In this document: one piece after another, positions 1 through 8,305 of the stretch | Layout of the letters: each line of letters opens with the position of its first letter | Numbering within the stretch: position 1 is the stretch's first letter | Assembly (NCBI GenBank): GCA_049964715.1 | Contig: JBMFXB010000007.1 | Location: forward strand, 4,698 to 68,697 | Direction: 5' to 3' | DNA: 64,000 nt | Source of the DNA: Candidatus Dormibacteria bacterium | Lineage (GTDB): Bacteria > Chloroflexota > Dormibacteria > Aeolococcales > Aeolococcaceae | Program-made: the position numbers and the translations under genes | The notes under the pieces: generated by a model | What the model was told of the DNA's origin: nothing | Database searches by the model: none | The model's input: the letters and a program-made list of their open reading frames with translations, nothing else

Positions 1-357
1 TCACTAAAGGACACGAAGCTCATGCTCAATGTCCTTGGATCACTCCATGTACCTGATACATCAATTGTTCTCGTGCTCAACCATACAGATACTACTACGG
101 GAATAACCAAGGAGCTGACTGAGAAAAATCTTCAGTTCACGGTAGCAGCAGATATTCCCTATGATCCGCGTGCAATTGGAGATTCAATATTCAAGGCTTC
201 TCCTGTTGTTCTGTCTCAGGAGGACACGGACATTAGTCGTGCGTACATGCGTCTTGTGGAGTATGTGCTCCCTGCTGATCTTCGTTCAGTTGTTGCTACA
301 CCAGCAGCAGCAGGGCAGCAGGACAAAAAAAAGCAACGGAAGTTGTTTGGCAAGTAG
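1..357 (+). CDS. CpaE/MinD-like pilus assembly ATPase, C-terminal part (5' end outside window)
   Basis: Frame +1 is open from base 1 (SLKDTKLMLNVLGSLHV...LVLNH...IPYDPRAI). It parallels the C-termini of the two CpaE ORFs downstream and ends in the basic/aromatic tail KKKQRKLFGK. Confidence 0.8.
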   Translation, partial: SLKDTKLMLNVLGSLHVPDTSIVLVLNHTDTTTGITKELTEKNLQFTVAADIPYDPRAIGDSIFKASPVVLSQEDTDISRAYMRLVEYVLPADLRSVVATPAAAGQQDKKKQRKLFGK

Positions 358-381
358 CCTTCCCCAGAGACGATGGAAGGC
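357..381. terminator. Stem-loop between convergent cpaE genes (possible terminator)
   Basis: GCCTTCC (357-363) and GGAAGGC (375-381) form a 7-bp stem with an 11-nt loop. There is no clear U tract. Confidence 0.3.
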
Positions 382-419
382 AGGTACGCTGACGTGATGG
401 ATTGGTCAGGAAAAACTGT

Positions 420-1667
420 CTACTTTACAAATCCGAAGAATCGACGCTGCTTTTTCTTCCCTGCATCCTGTTTTTCTTCCTCGAGTGCAGCTGCTTCTTC
501 ACCTGTTATTCGCTGGCCAAGCCCATTGATGGCTGCTGTAGCTGGAGATGATGGTGCAAGGAGGGTTATAGGTGTTGAAGTCACTTGGGATTTGCTTACA
601 TTGACCCCATCATAGGGGATGACAATATGCGGAGCCATGTGGAGAAAGCTTTCAATACCCGCTTGATCGAGTCCTGGTCCTGTTTCCCGGTAATTCATGA
701 CAAGGGTAATTGTTTCCGGTTCCACATTGAGGACATTGAGAACCTGCATGAAGAGGTGTGCATTCTTTGTTCCTGTGAGCGATGGATCAAAGACCACAAC
801 ACGGAAATCGGACATCTCAATTGCATCGAGGGTAATTTCACTGAGGTATGAGGCAGTATCAGCAATGAGATACGTATATTCCTGCCTGAGATTTTCAATG
901 AGAACCCTGAGATGGGAGGTTGTTACGTAATCTGCCTGTTCAGGGCTCAGTGGAGCAAGCAACACATCGATCCCTTCAGGTCCCTTGACTATGGCTTGCT
1001 CAATAGACTCCATATCAGTAACTGCATCGTTTGTCGCAAGATCAACGATTGTCCGTTGGGAAGGAAGATTGAGGAGTGCACCAATGTCACCGAACTGAAG
1101 GGACAAATCAAGAAGGATGACACGTTCATTGGTGAGACGCTTGAGATCTATTGCAAGGTTTGTAGCAATGAGGGATTTGCCACTTCCTCCCTGGCCAGAA
1201 AGTACTGTGATGAGTGCACCGTTCTTTGTTTGAGCTGTACTGCCAGTTGACTGGGCATCATGAAGTGCACTGTTCGACTGGGAAATGGTCTGCCGCTTCT
1301 GTTCGAACTCAAAGACTCGTCGGACAGCAGCAATAAGGTCATCTCCCCGGTACGGTTTCTGTAGAAACTCACGGGCTCCGACATACATGGCCTGACGGTA
1401 GGCATCGTTTTCACTGTCAAGTGACGTGAGGATAATTCCCGTATAGGGGAGATGCTGCGAGAGAAGCTCAGTGGTTTGGAGACCGTCCATGCCAGGAAGT
1501 GATGCATCGATGATTGCAACATCTGGTTTCAGGCGAATTGCCTCCTGGAACGCAAATTCACCATCCCGAGCCGTGCCACACAGAGCAATACCGTCTTCAC
1601 GTTCTAGACGCTTCATGACGTTGCTTGTTATGTGCTGGCTCTCGTCAGCGAATAGGATGCGGATCAT
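420..1667 (-). CDS. cpaE: CpaE-family pilus assembly protein: receiver domain plus MinD/ParA-like ATPase
   Basis: N-terminal receiver (ILFADE, IIDASLPGMDG, FLQKP), P-loop SGQGGSGKS, LLDLSLQFGDI and a C-terminal RRFFGFVK tail. Confidence 0.88.
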   Translation of the reverse strand: MIRILFADESQHITSNVMKRLEREDGIALCGTARDGEFAFQEAIRLKPDVAIIDASLPGMDGLQTTELLSQHLPYTGIILTSLDSENDAYRQAMYVGAREFLQKPYRGDDLIAAVRRVFEFEQKRQTISQSNSALHDAQSTGSTAQTKNGALITVLSGQGGSGKSLIATNLAIDLKRLTNERVILLDLSLQFGDIGALLNLPSQRTIVDLATNDAVTDMESIEQAIVKGPEGIDVLLAPLSPEQADYVTTSHLRVLIENLRQEYTYLIADTASYLSEITLDAIEMSDFRVVVFDPSLTGTKNAHLFMQVLNVLNVEPETITLVMNYRETGPGLDQAGIESFLHMAPHIVIPYDGVNVSKSQVTSTPITLLAPSSPATAAINGLGQRITGEEAAALEEEKQDAGKKKQRRFFGFVK

Positions 1668-1821
1668 TGGTCAAGCAGTTCCTCGTTCACAGGCAGTGAT
1701 GTGATTGTACTCCCAGTCCAGTAAGGGACTGTCTCCACATATTCAATGATAGATGAGCAATGATGGCAATCCATACAACGTGTTGATGCGAATTGGGTAA
1801 CACCATCGTTACAATGTGCCA

Positions 1822-3093
1822 TTACTTCCCAAAAGCAAAACGCCGGCGCTTGGACGAGCTGGATGATTCCTTCCCTTCTTCAGGCACATCATCTTCACTG
1901 AGGAAGTAGTCAGTCAGAACCTTGAAGGCCTTCGTTATCTCAGCCTTTTGGGTCACAAGGACAAAAGGACTGCCATTGTCGACAGAGTCATCTACTGTCT
2001 TTGGATCGTAGGGAAGGGATGCAACTGCCTGATATCGGAGACTCGATTCAATGGCATCCTTGTTGAACTGAACCTTCTGTGCTGTTTGATTGAGCACAAG
2101 GAGGATCTTTTCCTGGGGTACACCAAGGGACTGCAGGAGTCGGAGTGTAATCTTTGTATTCTTGATTGACGTGACATTGTGTGAAGTCACGATGATGAGT
2201 GCATCAGAAAGTTCGATGGCTTCAAGCAGACGCTCCTCTAAATGGGAGGAGCCATCGATGACGATGTAGTCGAACATTTTCGACATTTCATGAATGATCG
2301 TGCGGATATCCGAGGTCATCACAAGATCTGCTAGTTCAGGACTTGTCGGAGACAGGAGTACCTTGAGTGCAGCTGGCCCATTTGCAAGGGTATCGTCGAT
2401 ATACTCTGCGTCAAGCTCTGGTTGCTGGGCCAGGGCATCAATGTGGTGCGGGTGTGAGGCAATTCCGATAAGGAGTCCGATATCACCAAACTGAAGGTCA
2501 AGGTCGATGAGTGCCACTCTTGCTTGTGACTGCTCGGATAGAGCAGCTGCAAGATTTGTTGCAATCAGTGACTTGCCCACACCACCCTTGCCGGAGAAGA
2601 CCATGAAGACCTCAGCCTTTCCTTCCTTCTTCTTGCTCCGACGGGGAGCAACAGGTTGAATTGGTTCTTCTTCCTCTTGAGGAGCCTCCACAGTTCGCCC
2701 ACAGACATGCTGGATGAGAGAGACAATCTCCTCGACACTCGTTGTGGCATCTATGACGGCTGAAATGGTGGGTCGTGCAGTGTGAGAGATCGTCGTTGTT
2801 GTGGGATTGGGGGAGAGGACAATAACTTTTGCATCCGGAACTATTGAAGCAACCTCGTCTACTGTTGCAAGGAGATCTACATTGCCGAAGTGCTCATTGA
2901 TGAGGATGACATCCGGATGTGTCCTTTCAAGTTCCTCGAAGAGTGTGGATGGCCTGCGGGCAACTCCACATATCTCAATTCCAGCACTGTTCAGACCCGA
3001 GTGGAGATACGAGATTGTGCGAGCAATCTCGGCAGCAATCAGGAGGCGTATTGAGGTGGGTTGAGATACCTGATTTTGTTCCATGGGTTCCAA
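1822..3093 (-). CDS. cpaE: CpaE-family pilus assembly protein: pseudo-receiver plus MinD/ParA-like ATPase
   Basis: Deviant Walker A SGKGGVGKS, LIDLDLQFGDI and a C-terminal RRRFAFGK tail. The receiver-like N-terminus lacks the phospho-acceptor Asp (ILINEH). It lies directly downstream of flp. Confidence 0.88.
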   Translation of the reverse strand: MEPMEQNQVSQPTSIRLLIAAEIARTISYLHSGLNSAGIEICGVARRPSTLFEELERTHPDVILINEHFGNVDLLATVDEVASIVPDAKVIVLSPNPTTTTISHTARPTISAVIDATTSVEEIVSLIQHVCGRTVEAPQEEEEPIQPVAPRRSKKKEGKAEVFMVFSGKGGVGKSLIATNLAAALSEQSQARVALIDLDLQFGDIGLLIGIASHPHHIDALAQQPELDAEYIDDTLANGPAALKVLLSPTSPELADLVMTSDIRTIIHEMSKMFDYIVIDGSSHLEERLLEAIELSDALIIVTSHNVTSIKNTKITLRLLQSLGVPQEKILLVLNQTAQKVQFNKDAIESSLRYQAVASLPYDPKTVDDSVDNGSPFVLVTQKAEITKAFKVLTDYFLSEDDVPEEGKESSSSSKRRRFAFGK

Positions 3094-3203
3094 TGGTATG
3101 TTCCTGGGCTAGTGCAGGGGTCGATACCTATTCTAGGGGATTTGAGGAGTTCCTGTACGGTTCTGGATCACAATTTGGTCACAAGACCATTTTGAAGATG
3201 CGC

Positions 3204-3235
3204 GAAAGGAGCCGCTCAGGAGAGCGACTCCTTTC
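3204..3235 (-). terminator. Strong stem-loop downstream of flp (terminator or mRNA-stabilising hairpin)
   Basis: On the minus strand GAAAGGAGTCGCTC-tcct-GAGCGGCTCCTTTC gives a 14-bp stem with one G-U pair, 26 nt after the flp stop. There is no U tract. Confidence 0.5.
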
Positions 3236-3261
3236 AAGTATCGGTGTAAAAACAACAAGGA

Positions 3262-3480
3262 TTACTTGTTGAGGCCGTTACTGATGTTGGAGAACACGTT
3301 GTTGACCTGCTTTCCAACAATGCTAAGAATGACGATTACGACAACTGCGATGAGAACCAGGATAAGTGCGTACTCGACCATACCCTGACCTTTCTCGCCT
3401 TCTTCCTCTTCAGGAACAACTTTGCGATGAAGCTTCTCGCGAAGCTTGATGTACAGAGAACTCAGCATGTCTTCTTTCAC
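3262..3480 (-). CDS. flp: Flp family type IVb pilin
   Basis: 72 aa with the Flp motif GQGMVEYALIL, a hydrophobic helix and the tail VFSNISNGL. A strong SD (AAAGGAGGTGA) lies upstream. Confidence 0.95.
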   Translation of the reverse strand: MKEDMLSSLYIKLREKLHRKVVPEEEEGEKGQGMVEYALILVLIAVVVIVILSIVGKQVNNVFSNISNGLNK

Positions 3481-3747
3481 CTCCTTTCATTTTAGAAATT
3501 CACAATCCACTGAAGATAATGGTACGTATTTAAAGCTCCATGGCGTTCATTGAGAGACATGTGCCTCCCACTACTATGAGGGATTGCGGGCCCCTTGTTG
3601 TGGTGTAAAAGTGACGCACTTGTAACAGTGTCTCATGCAAGTTCGATCGTGACAATGGTGTCGCACACTTCAATGGCAATACTGGCAATGTTGAGCACTG
3701 AGAAATGGGAAGCCACGGTAGAATTGCAACGTGCGCTGTCATGATGT

Positions 3748-4548
3748 ATGGCGAAAGGGAAGGCTGGTGAACACGTGAGGAATGACAAAGTGGCTGTGGG
3801 TACTGATGATGGTGGTTACAAGCAGCAGAATGCTGGAGAGAGCAGCCCCTCCCCATCTCAGAATGCATGGCAGATGGAAACGTGGAGGTTTATCCTTTTC
3901 GGAAAGGTAGTTCCCTTGCTCGTGTTTGGTTATTTTGCAGTGCTCCAAGCAGAGAATGCTGTAGGACTTACAGTAGAAGCACTTCGCAGGCCAACGGCAG
4001 GGATTCTTGTCTCACTGTTCATTGCAGTCCTATACGCAGCATTTTCCATTGCACCTGTTTTCATCTACCTTGTTCATGCACGCCCCAGAGCGAAAGATGA
4101 ACGTCCCCTCATACGCATGATTGCCATTGTCGATACATTCGTTCTCATTTTTCTCGGAGCAGTTGTTCCCAGAGGAATCCCCTTCTTTCAGCCATCGATT
4201 GCATTCAAACTTGCTGCCGCAAGCGGCATTCTTGTTGCAAGCGTTGTCCAGTTGTGGGCACTTCTCATACTTCGGAGTGGCTTCAGTCTCACTCCTGAAG
4301 CACGGACAGTTGCAACATCGGGTCCGTATCGCATTATTCGTCACCCATTGTATTTTTCCGAAGCACTGTTTGAGATATGCCTTCTCCTTTCAAACCCCAT
4401 ACTCCTTCTCGTCATTTGTGAAGTACTTGTCATCATCCTTGCTGTTGTGCGCATTCGTGCAGAAGAACAATTATTGTCCACGACATTTCCTGCATACAAA
4501 GCTTTCATGAAACGGACACGGTATCGTCTCATTCCATTTGTGTGGTGA
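3748..4548 (+). CDS. Isoprenylcysteine carboxyl methyltransferase (ICMT/PEMT) family membrane protein
   Basis: Multiple TM segments, GPYRIIRHPLY, RIRAEEQLL and the C-terminal YRLIPFVW. Confidence 0.85.
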   Translation: MAKGKAGEHVRNDKVAVGTDDGGYKQQNAGESSPSPSQNAWQMETWRFILFGKVVPLLVFGYFAVLQAENAVGLTVEALRRPTAGILVSLFIAVLYAAFSIAPVFIYLVHARPRAKDERPLIRMIAIVDTFVLIFLGAVVPRGIPFFQPSIAFKLAAASGILVASVVQLWALLILRSGFSLTPEARTVATSGPYRIIRHPLYFSEALFEICLLLSNPILLLVICEVLVIILAVVRIRAEEQLLSTTFPAYKAFMKRTRYRLIPFVW

Positions 4549-4631
4549 TGCGTCATTTGTATCGTTCCGTGCAACAATGGAACAGATCCAACCATGAAGC
4601 ACTTGTGTGTTTCGATTGATTGAGAGCTCAT

Positions 4632-5339
4632 ATGTTTGGCAAGCGGCGCGAAGCGAAGGATGAACAGCGGGGGATTGCACTCCAGGAAGGGAGTGCTCCC
4701 TGTTCATTTGCTCACTGTGCAGCACGAACTGGACTTTCCTGTGAATATGTGGATCGTCGAGGACGTGCATGTACAACAGCGTGGTGTCCAGCACACAGGA
4801 TCATTGTTGATGGGCATGTATACTGTCGTCGACATGCCGGCATTATTGCTGCCATTCCCAGACAATCTGCTGGTAGCGGTCATGCTCAACCTCTTCCCGA
4901 CCTCGAGAACAGGGCGCCGTCACTTGCAAACTGGGTCGCAGATGATTGCGATGCTGATGTCAGATCCATTCTCGTGCATGAGGCCCAAGCACTACATGGT
5001 GGAGAAGTGATTGTTGATCCTCTTGTCATCACGTACACCGGTATGGATAGAAGCAGAGTGTGGGAACGGGTCTGGAAACTCGTCGAACACACTGGGATAA
5101 TCTACCGGATAAGCATTTCAGTGGAGGAGGAACTCGATGCTGAAGTCATCATCAAGGTGAATCAGACTTCTGTGTACCGGGCAATTCCCCCGTGGATAGG
5201 CCAGCGCCTCCTCCAACGGCCCATCCGCCCAGAAGTGGATGCTCAACGACGAAAAGAGTTTCACGACAAGATCATTGGATACGTGTCGCGCGGCATTGCC
5301 CGAGAACGCGAACTTCACAATCGATTCAATCAGGCATGA
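4632..5339 (+). CDS. Hypothetical protein with N-terminal Cys/His-rich putative zinc-binding domain
   Basis: Long ORF with host-like codon use and the motif C-x4-C-x7-C-x9-C-x4-CPAH-x9-CRRH. Confidence 0.7.
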   Translation: MFGKRREAKDEQRGIALQEGSAPCSFAHCAARTGLSCEYVDRRGRACTTAWCPAHRIIVDGHVYCRRHAGIIAAIPRQSAGSGHAQPLPDLENRAPSLANWVADDCDADVRSILVHEAQALHGGEVIVDPLVITYTGMDRSRVWERVWKLVEHTGIIYRISISVEEELDAEVIIKVNQTSVYRAIPPWIGQRLLQRPIRPEVDAQRRKEFHDKIIGYVSRGIARERELHNRFNQA

Positions 5340-5483
5340 GTTCACGGGCATCATGTGGCATGTTGCGATTGTGCAAAACCCAAACGCTCGGGGTACCTGT
5401 CATGTATGCTGGAAAGTGTTTGACGCTCCAACAGCGTGAAATGAGAGTAACCCCTCGGAGATCATGGAGGCAATCTGGAAGAG

Positions 5484-5924
5484 ATGAGTGACGAGCAACG
5501 CAAGCGGATACTCGTTGTTGACGACGATCCACGGTTGCTGCATGTTGTGTCAGTGTACCTTGGTGGTATCGAGAACTACGATGTGGTGACTGCTTCAAGT
5601 GGTGAAGAGGCACTCGAGGTTCTCGCAGGGACAACTCCGGATCTGGTAATTCTGGATGTCATGATGCCAGGAATGGATGGCATTCAAGTGTGCGAGCATA
5701 TACGCCAAGATCCTGTAACCAAAGATCTCCCTGTTCTCATGTTTACTGCACTATCAAGCGATGAGGATGTTGCCCGTGCCCAGAGGGCCGGTGCAAGTAA
5801 GCACATTACGAAGCCCTTTACTCTTGGTGCATTGGGCTCAGTCATTCGCTCTTTCCTTCAGCCACCTGCAGCAGGATCGCAGACCGCAGGGCAGCATGAT
5901 GAGGCTACTGGTTCAGGCATGTAG
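5484..5924 (+). CDS. Single-domain response regulator (CheY-like receiver)
   Basis: ILVVDDD, LVILDVMMPGMDG, MFTA and ITKPF give a complete receiver active site. There is no output domain. Confidence 0.93.
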   Translation: MSDEQRKRILVVDDDPRLLHVVSVYLGGIENYDVVTASSGEEALEVLAGTTPDLVILDVMMPGMDGIQVCEHIRQDPVTKDLPVLMFTALSSDEDVARAQRAGASKHITKPFTLGALGSVIRSFLQPPAAGSQTAGQHDEATGSGM

Positions 5925-6029
5925 GGCGCTTGAAGAGGCTCGCTCAGGAGTTGCTGCTGTGAATTGTGACTTTTCCGAGTGACAGTTATTCTTTGGGAAG
6001 TGGGGATCCAGGTATCTCAAATTGGTGTG

Positions 6030-6599
6030 TCAGCTCAGGGTGAGAAACCCACCAGATGTGAGTTGCATCACGGGTCCCAGGAGTGCTTTGACAGCTGGCT
6101 CAATGAAGACTATTGCACTACCAAGAAGTGAAGAACGAATGGTTTGATCAAGCTGTGCATGGTCAATTGGTACACCATTATTTGCGAAGATCGCGACACT
6201 GCCAATCGATAATGCAATGAGTACGAGGTATCCGCATTCCAGCATCCCGATGAGAAACCCTGCTACTGCGCCGACCCAGTCATCAAGAGCAAACTCTGCA
6301 ACGCCTCGAATTTTGTCGTTGTATAGAAACCCAAGGATCTCGAAGGCAATCGCAATGACAAGGAAAACAAGCAGGTACCCAATACCTGACTGATATAGGG
6401 CAGCAGTGTGAAACACTCCTCCTATGCCAGAGCCGACATGTGTTGCTGCAAATGCTGCAGCATACAGTCCCACAAGAACGAAGAGACGACGAACAAGCCC
6501 GTACCGCCATCCTAAAAAGGTATTGGCTCCGACAAAGAAGATGATGCCGAAGTCGATGAGTAGTTGATTGATTGTGGTGTTGGCTGCAAGGGAAGTCAT
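6030..6599 (-). CDS. CvpA (colicin V production) family membrane protein
   Basis: FLGWRYGLVRRL, DDWVGAVAGFLIG and the C-terminal RSSLLG pattern, with 4 TM segments. The start codon is uncertain (6599 or 6620). Confidence 0.75.
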   Translation of the reverse strand: MTSLAANTTINQLLIDFGIIFFVGANTFLGWRYGLVRRLFVLVGLYAAAFAATHVGSGIGGVFHTAALYQSGIGYLLVFLVIAIAFEILGFLYNDKIRGVAEFALDDWVGAVAGFLIGMLECGYLVLIALSIGSVAIFANNGVPIDHAQLDQTIRSSLLGSAIVFIEPAVKALLGPVMQLTSGGFLTLS

Positions 6600-6721
6600 G
6601 ATCTCGTAGCATACCATCAACTGTACGAATGTGAGTGATGACGCTGTTCTGGATTTTCCAACGTGGTACCATCACTACAAGGTGAACATGGAGTGTGTTC
6701 ACCGAGGTAACAGGAGCAAGG

Positions 6722-7612
6722 ATGCCTTCAGCGAATTCACGGCTTTCGAGCACAGACATCACCGGTCGTCGGACCTATGATCTCATTGATGAGCCCTCGG
6801 GGGATGAATACCGTGCGCTCCTCGTTACAGCTGCCTCAAAATGCACAATGGTTGTACTCCAGCATCCAGATGCACCTAACGCTCATGCACAAGAAATCAT
6901 AATGAAGCTCGCTGAGTTTCGGCATGGAGACCTCAGGGGAACAACAGCCAGATATGATTTCAATCGACAATCACTACCGATCTTCCTTGAAGCAGCAGAT
7001 AGATTGTACGCGTGGCAGCACCCAGATTTCCCAGCGAACCTGTGTCTCTTTCGAGAGGATGGAACTCCGTGGCTCATCTCAGTTGCCGAACAACGGCTAG
7101 GGTATCTTGAACTAACTCCTTTCGAGAAACTTCTCCTTACCCGTGCAATACCAGCGATAGGGGCAAGCCTTGCATATGAAGCTGCGTATGACGCCATTAT
7201 GGTGTACTTTGAACGACGCTGGGAAGATGTGCACGAGTCGTTGGGGCGTGAACTCGTGACATATTCCGATCAGCTCAGGCGAGAAAACCCTGACGGAGTT
7301 GAGGATGTAGTACGTGCTTGGCTCAAGTCACGTAGTCCTGAGCGCATTGAAGTAGCTCTTCAGCTTATACGCGAACTCAATCTCCAGGAATTCTGGGATG
7401 AAGTAAATGAACTTCTCGAATCGTACGCACTCAAAAAGTCTGACATCTCGCCTGCAGTGTTCAAATCTCATCCAGTACTTCGAGATCGGTGGAGAACAAG
7501 GTATGTCATGATGCTACAGAATACGCTCGATACGCTTGAGACGCTTCACGAGGGGGAGAGTGAACCCTATCTCGTTGATACGCCAGTAGATGGACAGTCT
7601 GACGACAACTAG
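6722..7612 (+). CDS. Hypothetical protein (two-domain: alpha/beta N-terminus, helical C-terminus)
   Basis: Long ORF with an AGGAG SD before the ATG at 6722. It contains the motif LYAWQHPDFPANLCLFREDGTPWLISVAE. Confidence 0.7.
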   Translation: MPSANSRLSSTDITGRRTYDLIDEPSGDEYRALLVTAASKCTMVVLQHPDAPNAHAQEIIMKLAEFRHGDLRGTTARYDFNRQSLPIFLEAADRLYAWQHPDFPANLCLFREDGTPWLISVAEQRLGYLELTPFEKLLLTRAIPAIGASLAYEAAYDAIMVYFERRWEDVHESLGRELVTYSDQLRRENPDGVEDVVRAWLKSRSPERIEVALQLIRELNLQEFWDEVNELLESYALKKSDISPAVFKSHPVLRDRWRTRYVMMLQNTLDTLETLHEGESEPYLVDTPVDGQSDDN

Positions 7613-7620
7613 CAACGGTA

Positions 7621-8163
7621 TTGGGGAGGAGTGCATACGTGAGTGAAAAGGATGAAATCCCACAGCATCATCTGCCGCAATTTCTCGTACCAGAGGAGGA
7701 TAACTCGTCTCTCCATGGTTCTCATATTGTTGGAGAGAATGCGGATCGCGATTTTGAACTCGTGTGCAAGCGTTGTGGATTTCTCCTGACTACTCGTCAG
7801 GGTGCACGACAGTGGTGGGTTGAAACGAGCCGGGGAAATCTATGTTCTCGGTGCTTTCTCGTGATGTGGGGAACAGAGGGTGGTTCAGACGACTTTGAGA
7901 TTGGATATATCCATGGCCTTGATCCCATAGATCCAGAACCAGTGCTCCGCCTGTGGGATCTCGTTGCCAGAATGATGGAAGCATGGAAGAGTGGGGTTGA
8001 TGTATCCCGTAAGATGGATGCCCTCTGTAAGGAGGGTGAACACGTGCTGAAAGATACAGTCGTTGGGCAGGTGCCTGCACTCCAACTCATGGAGCAGATC
8101 CAAAACCGACGGGCCCAACGATACAAGATGGTAAAGCTCCGTCCACACGATACGTCGCGGTAG
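7621..8163 (+). CDS. Hypothetical protein with CxxC...CxxC zinc ribbon
   Basis: CKRC and CSRC are separated by 22 aa. The ORF starts 8 nt after the previous gene; the start codon is uncertain. Confidence 0.65.
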   Translation: MGRSAYVSEKDEIPQHHLPQFLVPEEDNSSLHGSHIVGENADRDFELVCKRCGFLLTTRQGARQWWVETSRGNLCSRCFLVMWGTEGGSDDFEIGYIHGLDPIDPEPVLRLWDLVARMMEAWKSGVDVSRKMDALCKEGEHVLKDTVVGQVPALQLMEQIQNRRAQRYKMVKLRPHDTSR

Positions 8164-8305
8164 CGCAGATTTCCCGCCCAGGGACTGCAGCTCTATCGAC
8201 TAGCCACGTTGCGTAGGATGCGTGAAGTCTGGGTTAAGCGAGGATTCGTTACCACCGACTTGCTGGCAAGGGTCATGTGATCTTCTGGACGAGTGCACTT
8301 CGTGC

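Noticed and set aside
5340-5483. Possible c-di-GMP-I riboswitch (GCAAAACC) upstream of the receiver gene
   Set aside because: The GAAA tetraloop arm and the CGCAAAGC element are missing.
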